A stretch of 63,910 nt of DNA, counting the filler. It is 4 parts of 4 records of this genome, joined end to end, with 100 filler letters (N's around TTAATTAATTAA, not from the genome) between each part and the next. Parts side by side here need not be neighbours in the genome. Positions count along the whole stretch, not along the records: positions 39,909 to 58,083 come from DRR378314_271; 3 more parts are not named here. One strand, 5' to 3'. The stretch's first letter is position 1; the number at the start of each line of letters is the position of its first letter. Positions 44,756-58,183 of the stretch are shown in pieces. Both the position numbers and the translations under genes were made by a program. The notes under the pieces are model-generated. The model did not search any database and was not told the origin of the DNA. It was given only the letters and a program-made list of their open reading frames with translations.

Positions 44756-47700
44756 TCACTCGTCCACACGCCGCCGCTTCGCTCCTGGAAGCTGCTGGAA
44801 CATCTCCTTGATGTCGGCGGCCGTTACGGTCTGGGCGGGGGCGCACGCAGCAAGAATTTCCGGCAGAAAACCAGCAGAGCAAAAAAAAAGGCAGAAGAGT
44901 GTCAACGTAGTCGCAAATACGTCTCTGCGAGATCATGGGATTCGGGATCGGCCTTGCAGCTACCTTCGGCGCGCGAATCAGTCTCGCCCTCCCCGCAAAA
45001 CACCCGGGACCACGCGTCCCCCGGAAAGCAATGCGCCAACGCACGGCTCTGACGCCCAAGGACACAAATCGCGCAAGCACTGGTCTCCATATCAATAGCG
45101 CGCACGTCTGCTCCTGGCGCGAAGTAGTGCTAATCCGATCAGCTGCGCCTGCTTGCATTGCTCTACCAAACACTACAAGAGCACTCGCCCGGGGAGCCCC
45201 TTCCCTCCCTACGCCCGTTAGTGGGCAAGGGAAAAAAAGAGCGCACCCGATTTTCCGCTGCAATCTTCCCCAGCGAATTCCGCACCGCCGTGCTCATCTC
45301 GTGAAAAGCAGTCGCGGCTTCCATTAGCTGAACTCGCGACTGCACGGCGCACACGCACATCGAGCAGCAATCACCCCGCGGCATAGAACGACACAGCAAA
45401 TGGTTCGTGAGGCAGGTGCGCACAAAAAAAGCTTCTCTGCACGTGTGCATTTCAGAACATAGTAGGGTACGATGGGACAAACAACCGCCGGAATCGCAGA
45501 GTAGGATGCATGCGCCGCATCTCCGAGAAGACATGGTGAAATCATTAGCTGCGGCCACCGTGTAGCCGGCGAGAGAATCCACCAGGCGCAGCAACGAGCA
45601 GCGCAACCAACACAGACCCTCCTCGGCTTAGGCAACCATATACCACAGCACCATGTCCACAAATACTCGCACAGCAATCAAGCCCAGTCTCAAAAAATAA
45701 AGGCACAAGAAGCAGACAACCACGTCGCGTACCAGCGGGGAGTCCTCGATCGCACGCCGCTCCGCTGCGGCGACGCGCTCGCTGTGCAGCAGCCGCGCGC
45801 GCGTTTCGTGGGCGAGGAGCGTATCGCTCTGATCCAGCAGAAAAGCAACCTTTTGCGCAGCAATTTCCAGCCTACGCGAGTACGCCCAGATTGGTCATAC
45901 GCAAAACGAAACACACGAAACAGGTTCAGATGATCCAATGTTCCCGCCAGCAACACCAAGCGAAATACACAAAATGCGAGAGCTCCAGGAATAGCAACAA
46001 CACGTCGCACATCGCGCGAAGCCGCAAAAGGCATTTCGCACCATAAAACGAAACGCCGAGACATCCGCAAAATATATGTATCAACGGTCCAGTTCAGCGC
46101 TACCAAGATATGTGGCATACCTTGCAGTTGCGTCGCGCGCAAATGCCTCTCGTGCGTCCCGGCTGAAAAACGCTGGCAGCTCTGTAGATGGCGCCACAGC
46201 GGTGCTCTCGCAGCTTTGATCCTTCTTGCCGCCTGCATCGGCGACAAAGGGCGAGCGAGTGGCGATCGCGTCGACTTGATTTCCACCATCGCCCGGCATG
46301 TTTGGTCTCGCTTCGCCTGTTTCAATGGCAGTCGAGACCGTTTCTCCAGAGCTACGCTGCGTATCGTCGTCTGCTGTCCCTGCCGCAACCGTGTCTGAGC
46401 TATCGCCAGTGTTCTCGCTGTCTTTCCTCATCGCGTCCGCCGCAGCAATCTGCACGGCATGCGCGCGAAGACTTGGAAGACCCGTCATACAGCTCGAGCA
46501 AATGAACTCTTCGTACGAATCCGCATGCGGAACGAGCGCCGGATTCATTCCAAGATGCTCAACATGATACCAGTCCTCGCACACAATGCATTGCAGCATT
46601 TCCTCATCTGGACGTAACGAAGTGGACCAACGAAGTGCAGCACCGCAGAATACGCCAGTGAAGCAAACGACAAACCAAAGACATGCGTTGATCAGTACAT
46701 AAATTATTTGTCCGCGCATACGGGCGAATCACTCAGACGACCTTCGCCACAGCTTCACGCGCGCGCAACAGCGTAAGCAGCCGAAACAAGAGCGCCGTAG
46801 ACTGGCGCAGCGCTTTTCCACAGGCGCAGCCATCTAGCAGGCGCACGAGAAGCGGCGAAACAAAGGCGGGACGCTTCGGCTCGCGCATGCGACAATACTA
46901 TAGGGAACAATAGGTAGAGAAACAAACTCTTACATTTCTACCTACAAGCGAGAAAATCAACGTACGAAAGAGGCAGCCACACAAGCGGCTTCTATTCACC
47001 CGAGCAAACGACGATACGCAGCTCGACCTCGCCGCGGTAGGTCACCCCATTGCGGGGCACAAACGCCCATTCTTTCTTTGAGCGGAAGAGGGACATCCCA
47101 CTTCTACTCCTACGACCTATATATGCTTCGAAACCTGAGGGAACACAGCTCCAATATTCTGAAGCGACTGAAAAGTACACAAGATAAACAAGGACAGACG
47201 CGCCTAACCCGACTAGAAGCGAAGACTGCTCAGCACCGGCGCCGCTTGCTACCAGAGCCACAACGCCCAGACGTCGACCAGCAAATAGCCAGCGGCTCGA
47301 GATACGTACTCTCCAGCCGGCAATCGGGATCGGGGTACGGGCGATCGCATACACAATATCGGCCTCGGAAATTGTGGTTGTAGCGATTCCCTTCGTTGAC
47401 AACGGCTTCTTTCGCACCACTCGGATCAAACTTGCAGTGCCCTCCGCGCACTGTGCCGCAGTCGCAGCTGCGCGACAAGAACAGCAGAAGCACGATGACG
47501 GTGAAGATATCAATCAAACTTTCCCAATGCATGCCAGTAATCGGTTCGCAGTATTCATTCTCAAGCCATTTGCAATGTGAGGTCTTAGGTGTGAATAAGT
47601 GTCCACGAAAGGCTGAAACATGGCTCAAAAGCGCTCTCATTGCTCGCGCCATCATTGACTCGGCCGCAACACTTGGGAACAGCATTCGGAAACAAGAAAT

Positions 47701-49263
47701 CTAACCCGCTACACAAGCTGCTCGAAAGTAGGATCCAAACGTACCGGAAGTTTCTCTTCGTATACAATTCCACAATTTCGTGGCGCTCATGGCTGCGGAG
47801 GCGCGCGTCGCGATGGTCACAGCACAAGTTAGCAACATGAGGATGTCAACGAACCGGTACGTAGTGGAGCACACGCGCGCGCGACGGCGACCGCTTGACC
47901 GGCACGTCCAGACGGCTGCTTCGTAACACCGGAGGGTAGTACTTTCAGAGGGCATGCTTATCAAACCGATAAATGTATAAGAGCTTGACAAGTCCATAGC
48001 ATCTCGATAAAAGTACCAAAATAAGACCTTGGGGTCCGCAAACGGGCCGTCCCAGAGTCCAACACGCGCATGGAAGCGCAAACCACTGCACAGCGAGAAC
48101 GCACGGTGTACTACTCACTACACCACGCCCACCATGACGGCACGACGAGCTCTCTTGAAACTCCACGAGACTCTGAATTTTCCACTGTTTCCCGGAATGC
48201 GGAAACATCCGACCGGCCTGCGGTGAGGACGACGCTCGTGCAGCCCGATCCAGCGTTGCGCGGAAAGTAGCACCTCTTTTCCAGGGAAAGGCTGGCTTGT
48301 GGCGTGTGCCGCGGACGCTCGCAATAGATCCCCCCAAAAAAAAGAGCGCTCTCAACGCCATGGGTAGCCTAATCATTTGGTACGTGCAAAGTAAACATTA
48401 TCAAAACAGTAACATTCGCTCTATCTACTGCGGCCGCTGTCCTGCGGGAAGCAGCTTTGCGAACGAACAGCGACGCCCGCACAGTCGCACCACTACGTGC
48501 CTGAGCCTGTAGCGCAGCAGCGCCAAAGCCGCGCAACGTACCACTTTAGTGCGCACCCGAGGCAGACGCCCGCTGGGGCACCCGGAGCAGAGCACGTCAA
48601 GCACGCATAGAGACTCTACAAGTTGAGTACGGTTTCGTGTTTACACCGACAGAGGAGTGGTCAGAGGGGTTGCACGTCTGTTCTGCGAGCGTGATGCGCG
48701 GCGGCAACGAAGTTGGTACGCGCAGGTGCGCGCTGCAGCAGCTCCTGTCTCGCGCGGTCGCCCCAACGGGAGCACGTACCTGCCGCACGTAACCGCGTGC
48801 GAACGAGCATATCGTCTCGTCATCGGCCCCAAGAATCTAGTACATGAATGGGGAGCAACAGTGCACAGGCAGCGGTACGAACGCACTTGTGAGGCTCGTA
48901 CGCACACGCGGAGGAAAAAGCCAGCAGGCGCACTCTAGCACAAGGTCGGCCGTGGAGCCGGGAGGCGCGCAAGGAGCGCACAAGCGGAGCCTTGGGAAAG
49001 GCCCCGTAGTCTGCACAAATTTAGTGCGCACCGAGGCGCTCAATGATTGCACCGAGATCTGCATAGACGCTACTTCAAAGATATTAAGGTGCGTATGAGC
49101 GCGTACGCTGAGTCTCCGGGCCCGTGCTCGCCCACCGCGAGAGAGTGGGAGCGCCGCAATCTGCGCGCGTGACACACGCACTTACCGCCGCAGCTTCCGC
49201 TTCGTGTTCCTCCTGCTGGGCAATGATTTCCGCGGCGGTAAAAACATCTTCGTCTTCAGCCAT
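44756..49263 (-). CDS. UBR7: UBR7-like E3 ligase/histone chaperone (UBR-box + PHD finger), multi-exon
   Basis: Exons 49263-49186, 48836-48780, 48615-48542, 47792-47745, 47467-47310, then from 46607: CSFARGYVRQSLYACLTC..GVCLGCALKCHERHEIVELYTKRNFRCDCG..NRYNHNFRGRYCVCDRPYPDP..EMLQCIVCEDWYH..FICSSC; last exon 44830-44756 VTAADIKEMFQQL..KRRRVDE*. Confidence 0.88.
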
Positions 49264-50137
49264 TCCACTTTATGCTAAGACAACCTGAAACGAAGCGATG
49301 GCTCTGAAATATCGTCAGTTGTGCCGGCGAAACGAAAGGAGAATCGGGAAGGGAGCAGGTGGCCGGGCGAGGCGGAGACACCGCGCTAGCAATTTACGGC
49401 TGCTCCGCCGCGCCGGAAGCGGCAACTTCCCGCCTACTTGCATTCGCAGTCACAATCGAGTGTCACACAGGAAGGGAGAAGAGGAAAGCACAGGAGAGGA
49501 AGCGGCAGTCACCCTAGCGCGTGTACCAGTGGCAGCCGACGTACCTGTTGAAAAAGAGCGACAAAGCCAAACCTGTGGCAATGCGAGCCATTCACACTTT
49601 TTCCCAGCAACTGTTTGCGATTACGCGGTCTTCGTACTCATACACACGACTTAACAAAGTATGAAGGCAATGTCGGCCCGGGCGCTCAATTACAGTGGCA
49701 ATCCGCGCGATGCCGTGTCGCTTGCCTGTGTGCGCTTCCACTAGGGCTACATACGCTAGTTGCAGACGCCGTGCCACAGCTTCCTGCTTCCCCTCGCGGC
49801 GCAAATGTGGACAATTCCTTCCGTGTGTGCTAGCACTCCGGCCGCGTACGGTCCGTCCGCACTCCGGCTCATAGCTGACGTCGAGGTATATCGATGTGTA
49901 TGCCGATAATGATGAAAATTCGGCTTGCATCGACCTGTTCCCGCGATGGAACAGTAAGGGGTTTTCGCGGGAAGCTTCCCCGGCAGACGTAGCGCTGCAG
50001 GGAACGCGTGGCGAGCGCAGGCGCTCCCGCGGTTTTGGTGGGCTGCGCTGCCTGCGATCTTCCAGTTGCAATTCTCTCGCAGTTGCGCTCATTTTTCATG
50101 ATTGTATCTTTCTTTGTGTTATACTCGGGTTCCAGTC

Positions 50138-51318
50138 ATGGCTAGCACTCTGTCGCGCGGAGTCGCGGCGTACTTCGTCGCGGTGAACGGTGGCAGTGCC
50201 GCGCTCTTCTGGTATGACAAAAACCAAGCTCTCAACCATGGGTACGTTGCCTTGGATAAGCCGCCATGTGCTTCCGCCACCAATTTGCGGTCTCTCCTAT
50301 GTCACCTGTTTTCTTGTTCGCATACAATTGATTCATAAAGACTCACGTATGTTCTTCTTGCTTCTCTGTAGGTGGAGGGTTCCGGAGAAGACACTCTGTG
50401 CGTCAGCATTGATCGGCGGTTGGGTCGGCGGCATGTGGGCAAGTACGTGCGCTGGCTTCGGCGAGGGGCCACCGGTGTGCAGCGCGCAGCGCAAGTACTC
50501 CGAGCACCACATAACTATTTTACTTCTGTCTGGTTGGAATAGTTGACGTGTTGGATGTAGGGGCGCAAGAAGTCACAGCTGCGCTGAGTCATACGAGGAA
50601 GCCACATTGTTTCGGACGTATCGCAATGTACAAGCACGACGATCTCCTGCTCTTTCTGCCTCTTCCGCATCGTTTCTCGACTACGGTAGACCCTCTGCTG
50701 CCTAATTCTTCTCCTCCATTCCAACACTGTAAAGCAAAAATCGCTACAGATAGCGTGCAGGTATTACACAAAGCTACGCCAAGGAGTCGTGCAGCGGGCT
50801 TGTTGCGCGCATAGCATTGCGGGACGCTTCGGCACAGCCCACTGTGTAGTTTGGACCCAAAGTTTGCATGACAGGGCTGTTCATGGGCCCGATATTACTT
50901 ACTTCTCTGGAGGAGCTGGCCATCTTACCGTCACGCAAAGTGAGCCCATTATCTCCCATCTTGAGAACCATTGCGTGGATCTGAGCAGTGCGGTTTCAGC
51001 AGATCTTTGCAGAACAGAACACGACAAAAGCGAAAGGTTCCGCGCTGCTTCACATCCCATGGCGCGGCTCCGTGGAATTTTGCCCTCTGCGGCTCATTGC
51101 GCAGGACGCGGATTTCCTATTGCTTATTGCACCTTCTGCCACATCCGCGTTAATGTGATACGTATGTATTCCGTGCAGTGGAAACATTTCGACATAAGAC
51201 GAAGAAGCAGTCTTTCCGCAATCAGTACTTCGCGAGCGTCGCTGCGAACGCTGCCGGAGTTGCTGCCCTAACGAATCCTCGCGTGCGAGCGTCAGTTCTG
51301 CGATCATTCCGGCGCTGA
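50138..51318 (+). CDS. DUF1294 (YsdA-like) small membrane protein, 3 exons
   Basis: Exons 50138-50241, 50372-50442, 51179-51318: LFWYDKNQALNHG-WRVPEKTL..GGWVGGMWAM-ETFRHKTKKQSF, the DUF1294 signature. Confidence 0.85.
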
Positions 51319-52299
51319 TCTCAGCATCTGTGTAAAATTTTCGCAGACGATACCGTGGAAGACACATGCAGGTGCGACTATATTCGTACTATGGTACACA
51401 GACATCTACTGATGTCCTTTTCGGTCTACAAAGCCATGATGTTGCTCCCTTTGCCTACCTCGAGCACGCTCGCGCGAAAGCAGCGATCGACCCGAGTGGG
51501 ACCCGTAGGGCCGAGACACACGACTCTGTCAATATGATTCGAAATGGCTGCGCTACTTTTGTGCACCGCACGGTACGCATCGATGTCGATCGCGCCATCA
51601 TTCTGCCGTACGAAAAATACGCAAACGGAGGCACGCTCTGTCGCTGCCATCGCAAACTACGCGACGCCAAGCCCAAGTCGATAAACACGAAGGGTACCAA
51701 GTCGGGGAAGCCGGGGAGAGAATTCTGATGACATGTATTTTGCGAACCGCGTCCGTACCCTTGGAATACAACACCCATGCCAGTCCATCACTTCAGTTCG
51801 CACAATAGTAAAGGAGCTGCCTCCGAGAAGCAGCAGAACAGCGCTCGGAGGCGGAGTCGGGCGGCGGCGCGAACTCGCGCGCTTTGCTGCTCGGAGAATC
51901 TGGCGACGCCGCGAAGCAGCAAACGAGCCACACAAGGGGAAATCCAGTCACTTTCACAAAGATCCCGTACCCCAAAGCGATCCTTGTTCCACAGCTGCAT
52001 GCATATCCCTATCCCGCATGCTGCATGATACTTGCATAGATAGACGACGCGAGAGCTCCCGCTTCACCGTCAGTCTACGGAAACCCACAGGCAACACCGC
52101 AGCAGAGGAAGCCCCAGCAGGGGCACAAGCTGACCATTAGAAGCACCATGGAGCGCAATGTTTTCATACACAGAAAATCAAACGAAAGCATGCGTGTCGC
52201 AAAGCTTCTTTATTTCGCGAAAATCTACCGCATTTGCGACGCGCTTACGTGCAGAGCCGACTGTCCAGTGTGTGCCGTCGACGCCCGATCCAAAACAAC

Positions 52300-55170
52300 A
52301 GCAGCAACTCGTCACGCAGACCCAACCCCTCCTATAGCTGTCAGCGGGAAGGACTAGATAGTGAGACTACACGCATCCCATCGGCGAGATGCAGGCATGC
52401 CTTTTGCAGCGATCGCAGTTGACAGAAAAGCGAATACTTCATTTCGTCCGGGACAGCGACACCTGCAAGTCGCACGGCGCGTATAGCAGACGGACAACGT
52501 GAGCGCTCAACTTGTACAAAAGCGCACGTGCACACGAGCATGCTCATGCACATCGAAAACCCAACCACTCTACGCGAGAAAAAAAGTATAAATGCTCTCA
52601 CATTGATCGATTCACAATATCCCATCAATGCTTCGGGTCTATAGGAGGCGTGCCGGCAGAACTTGACACACAACTGTAAGCAATATCAGCCTATCAATCT
52701 GCCTAGTTCGAATGTGTGTACCGCTTCTGCGCTGCTCGCACACATTCGCACGTGCTCACCTCTCGCCAGCAAGGCTGCAATCCACAGCAAAGCATCTTGC
52801 TCAAATACACGCTGATGGAGAAAGCCAATGCACCGGGCGAACATGCGCTCGGCGGTGGGCGGAGAAAGGTTATCTACTTGCGGTCCTGCAGCATGCAAAA
52901 ATGATTTCATTCACAGCGCCGCGGCACAACACAGGCAGGAGCATCAACGGGATTTACCAGGGTGAGCGACAAGAGAGTCCGGTGAGAGCACTGCAATACA
53001 CGAGCTACATGCGCAAACGATACGATAGAACACTTGCCGAGGCAGCGCAACTTGCGCAATGTATGCGCAATATCTCCGACAACGTTGCCCACAAGCGCCA
53101 GAAGGCCGGCTTTTCCAAGCGAGAGGCAATGGAGTACATACCTTTCTTGGAATTATCCTGCAAGCGTAAGAAAACTACACCACAATCAACAACGTCTCAA
53201 AATATATAAAAATATAATTGCGTAACGAACCGTAATGCTGCATCGTGTGGTGCAGAAGCGCGTCGTCATTCGCGCGCAGAGCGGCGGCAAACGCCTCGTC
53301 AGCATGCCCGCTATCCAGCAACTGGTCCAGTCGGCGAGCAGACCCGTCGCGACTTCTGGATAGTCAACACGCACCAGACGAGCACGAGAATGCACACACA
53401 AGACATGGTATGAAAACACGATGTAAGCTCTGCGTACAATATGCTGGAGAAGTGCACTCGACGATACCACTGGACTCGAAACGAAACGCCACGAGGAGCT
53501 TCCGCGCCAGGAGCGATCGATTCCTTTCCGCTCCTTGAGCCGCTTCGGTATGCCAATGGAACCCCGGTTCAACTTGCAGAACACGTGCGCAGTGACTCAT
53601 CTAGAGAGCATTCGAGATGTCTTCTTTCAATATACGGGAAGCAATACGCTCTCGCTACAGTGAAGAAAAGTGCCATTTGCAGCGGAGCTCGCAAAGCGAG
53701 CTGTCTGGATAGTGAGCTCGACAGGTATGATAACAGCGTATTCTATATCAGGATCCCGTAGCCATATCTCTCCGACTTTCTTTCGAGCGAATTTGGCGTA
53801 GAGAGGTCGTATCAGTACCCAGCGAGAGAGCAGCCGAGCGGCAACACCGAGAGCGCACGCTGCCGCACCCGTCACCCCGCTGCGCTCCAAGCTGCCGGCG
53901 CTCCGTTCCACACGCTCCACAGGCCGTCGCGAGCATACGAGGTGCATACGCGCGCAGTGCACGTTAACTTCGGATGGTGTAAAGGCTTGCCAGCAGCGCA
54001 AAGAGTAACGGACCTGGGTGTAAGGGGAGTCTGCAGCTGCGGGTTCTCCTGCACGAGTCGCGCAAACTTGGCCTCGACTGCGATGCGGAATCCAGGCGAG
54101 CGACACGGAAGCGGCGGCCCAGTCAGCAAGCAGTCCGACCAGCAGCACAAGCAATTGATTTACACTACGCTTCACGAAGAGACGCACGAAAGAAAAAAAT
54201 GTAGCTGATGTACAGCTAAATGCGAACGAGCAGCACTGGCCCGTCGCAGACGGGACGTGCGGGTGCGAACGGGCTGTTCACTGCCGTCACACCCGGAGAG
54301 CAGCGCGGGCTGCTCCTGCAACGACGTGTTTGCCTCCTCCCGCGCAGAGACTTTGGCCAACAGTGTCCACTTCACTCTCTGCTCAATAGCCGATGTAAGT
54401 CTTAGCAATTCATAATACGCTTTCAAAGGGAGCGACAGGCAACGTATAGCTGAAAGAGTGATGCGCAACTGCCATTTCGCGCGGCGCTCGAGTAGCAAGG
54501 CCAGCGGCAACGACGTGCTCGCAACGCGCGCCAAAGCTCTGCAACGCAACAACCGTGCTTCCGCGACGCCAACAACCTCCTCGTGCACACGCATGGCGCG
54601 AGCACGCAATATCCCATGCAATGCCGCAGTGCATCCGTGAAGCATATACCAAGTAAACGATTGCCGCTACCTTGCAGCAATTCTTGTCTCGCAGATACGC
54701 CGCGACGCACCTTGGCTGAATCGATTCTCAACGCGCGACAGCAGCGACTCGGCGTCGCTTGCAAACGTATCGACAGAAGACACAAGCCTCTCGCTCTCGG
54801 CAGTGAGTTGCTCAACGAGCATTCTGACGAAACCGAATTGTCATCAAAAATAAAGTACATTCCAGAAGCTAATGTAACACATCCGTTCCAGGTTCCACCC
54901 GAGACGATGTCGCGAACAGAGAAGAAAGAGAACGCACACACCGACCGCTCCGACAGCTCGCAAGAACGAAACGGAGATGGCGCACGCTCTACGGTGCAGC
55001 AGAAAAAAAAACCAGCAGGGAAAAAAGCACATGCTCGCTTTGCTCTTGCATGACCAATCTCTCAAAATCCAGAAGAAAGGCCTCGTTTTCTCTGCGACTT
55101 GTTGCAAGTTCCGAATGCAAGGTGCGGAGTGCGCCCTGGGCAGCACGGTGTCGCGGCCGCGTGTGCACCA
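52300..55170 (-). CDS. Probable multi-exon gene (coiled coil then hydrophobic segment), poorly resolved
   Basis: Several AG-bounded coding-like blocks (MLVEQLTAESERLVSSVDTFASDAESLLSRVENRFSQ; SVNQLLVLLVGLLADWAAA; GPQVDNLSPPTAERMFAR); full model not established, boundaries approximate. Confidence 0.3.
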
Positions 55171-55634
55171 ACGTACCGGCAGTGCGCACGAACGCTGCTC
55201 CGGTGCGACATTACCCGTCGCCGCAGCAGCTACCGAGGGGGCGCAAACAGAGTTCCAGATTGGAAGCTGGCGACAATGAAATGATGAAAAGGCCCCCTTT
55301 CCCCCTAGATGCGCCCTTTGGGGTGCAAAGATGGCAATAAAATGGCCAGCTTTCCCTCGCAGAGCTGGGAGCAAGAGCAGCAAAACACTGGTTGGCGTCT
55401 GCGGTCTCGCACAGGAAGAAACGAAGAAGGACCGCACCACACTTCCCATTTATATGTCACTCTGAAAAATACCGCTTTCCACAACTATGATTTCTGCTAT
55501 TTACTTCTACGTGCCACTATCGAGCATCCGCCCGTTTTCGCTGGCCCGGGCGCTTTGCGGGCGAACAGCAACATAGCACAGACAATTTTCGTACGAAGCT
55601 CCATTTCATATCTGTTTCCGGAATGAAAAAAGCC

Positions 55635-58028
55635 TTAAAGAGTGAGTAAAGCGCTGAGCCGGTCTTTGATCTGATCCATTCCGGGCGGGTCCTCGTCCTC
55701 GACATCGGTGACAAGTTCGCGAATCGCCCTGGCACAGCCAAGCACGAACAGCACATCGAACACGTCGCACAACCAGATTAGACCGGCCGCGACCTCACAG
55801 TCACGCGCAGACCCTCTGACAATGCGAAACGAGGAGGACCGCAGTAAAGTACCCTCGGCCACTGCAATCCGTGGAATCGACAGGGCGCAGCGCGCGGGCA
55901 AATTTGGCAGCAGAGTCCTAAGTATTGTTTTGTGTTTTGGCGTTGTTCTTTGCGCACGGCGCAGGACGATGCAACGGTGGAAAACGCCACATTCCCAACC
56001 GCCAGTCCGCATTAGCTGAGAGACGAGCATAAGGGGGAGAAATGGGTTCTCCGTCGCTCGCGCGTGACCTTGTTCTGTCAAGAGAATATTCCAACGCACC
56101 CGAGAAGATTCTCCAGGCGAAGCGCGTTCACAGATTCGGAGAGAGAGATCTGCATCGCGGTGCAGGCAAGGCGACAACACGAGCAATGCAGCGCCCAGTC
56201 TCGTCGGGAAAGAAGCAGCGCGCGCGAGCCGCGTGCACCACGAGCGCCCCGCTGGAGCTTAATCGCGGGCTTTTATACTGGAGCGGGCAGGAGAAACGTC
56301 GCGCCCCAATCACGAGCACCTGCAGGGTCCCGAATCGATGCTCCTTCCATTGGCCTCCAGCACTGCCAAGGACTACCCAAGCAATCCCACGCCAAGCGCC
56401 AATCGCGCGCGCCCAGCTCCGCTGGTAGACGGGCATCCTGTCTGAGTACCGAACCTTTTCGCTCTCAGCAGAGCGCTCGTTGATCTTCTTCTCGGTTTCC
56501 TCCAGCAGCGACTGCGGATCAGGAGCGCAGGACACCAGATGCGGTTCGCAGGAATGGTCAGTGCTGCGACGGATTCCTGTACTCTATCACTTCGCGACGA
56601 ATGACACCACACCGAGAATCAAAGTCGCAGGATCAAAGGGGTGTGCTCGCATACCTGAAAGGTTTCCTTTTTCTTGTTAATTTGTTCATCGAGCTTCTGC
56701 AATTCTTTTTGCATCTGCCTGTTAAGAAATTGAACCCCAAAGTTGCCAGCACAGCGCGTAAAGCTCAGCGAGTGCGCCGCGAGTGCTGCAGCACGCCGTC
56801 ACGCCCGTGCTCCCCGGCTCGCACTTCCCCAGGTACGTTGCAGTCCACACAGTCGTGCTAATGCAACACGCCAGACATAGTGCAATACTGGCCATAATCA
56901 AGTACCTAGGAGCAACTGACGGCATACGATAACGTACAAAATATCCTTTTGCGCGTCCTTTCCTTTTACGAGAGTGCTCATGCGCTTCGCGTTCTGGTCA
57001 AACTTCTTCAGCTGCGCTCTGAGCATTTCGTTTTCTTGGCGTGTCTACCGACAGAGAGGCGCACGTTTGGAATACAATACCAACGAATTGAGACCTCAGA
57101 ATACAAAAGAGAGAACTTTCGAGCACAAAACCGTCGTCGCCGCGAGAAACGCTGCAACATGATGGCGTTGCTCTCGCGTGTCGCCACAACAACGCAAAGA
57201 AGCGCAACATTAGGCGTTACTGTCCTGCGTGCCTGCGAACTCGACAGATTCCTTCGGTGTGCCCATATTCGGTTCACCTTCCTTTCGAAGATGCCGAAAA
57301 TAAGTACGCGCTCACTGCGCCGTCATCAACGATTGCCAGCGATGCAATACGTGTTCCCGGATCGTTTCTTTCGCCGGAAACCAGCTCTCGCACAGGACTA
57401 GTTCCACGTTCTCTCTTACTCTGGCTTGCACTCGATTTCCCAGTGCAATCGGCTCTAATCGAAGATACTGCGCTGCATTGAAATGCACCGCGTATGCTGG
57501 CTCGTTTCACGGGCTGTGCATGCGTTTCTTCTATCACAAGCGTCTTACTTGGTAAATCGATTTCTCTCACTGTGCGTATCACGGCGTACCTGCTGCTCAT
57601 AGGTGCGGAGCTTGTCGATCTCGGTAGCGTAGAATTCCATGAGCGTCGACTTGTCTCGCGTGATCATCTTTTTCTGCGCCTGACGAGTTGCGACCTACAT
57701 CAATGTGGCATCGTTCCAAGCGAAATCTGGTCGTGAACTGAATGCTGACGCGCGGGATAGAGAAAAGGTATGCCAGTGTGTGCGAATGCACACGCGCACA
57801 AACAGCTACGTTTCACACAAGAAGCGAGTCGATGGAGGGGTGGTCCCTGGAATACGTAACCTCGCACTTGCGCGCATAATGACCCTATCATCGTCACCGT
57901 ACACACACCACACACGATGATCCGAGCGTCGTTTGGCGCGATTCCACGAAAGGAAAACGATAGAAACGCAAACGGTAGCGTAGCATACCTCGAGTTGGCT
58001 CCTTGTGTCTTCCAGCTCCGCTTCCAAT
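55635..58028 (-). CDS. 3' part of a coiled-coil protein, at least 7 exons, 5'-truncated by contig end
   Basis: Phase-consistent exons giving LEAELEDTRSQLE|AQKKMITRDK..EQQ|TRQENEMLRAQLKK..|QMQKELQKLDEQINKKKETFQ|SLLEETEKKINERSAESEK|ISLSESVNALRLENLLG|AIRELV..RLSALLTL*. Confidence 0.7.
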
Positions 58029-58083
58029 CTGCAGCGCGCGCAGATTGCCGCGAAGGAAAGCGGCGCGAGGATAAGCAACAAGG

Positions 58084-58183
58084 NNNNNNNNNNNNNNNNN
58101 NNNNNNNNNNNNNNNNNNNNNNNNNNNTTAATTAATTAANNNNNNNNNNNNNNNNNNNNNNNNNNNNNNNNNNNNNNNNNNNN
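58084..58183. other. Artificial contig spacer
   Basis: N44-TTAATTAATTAA-N44. Confidence 0.99.
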
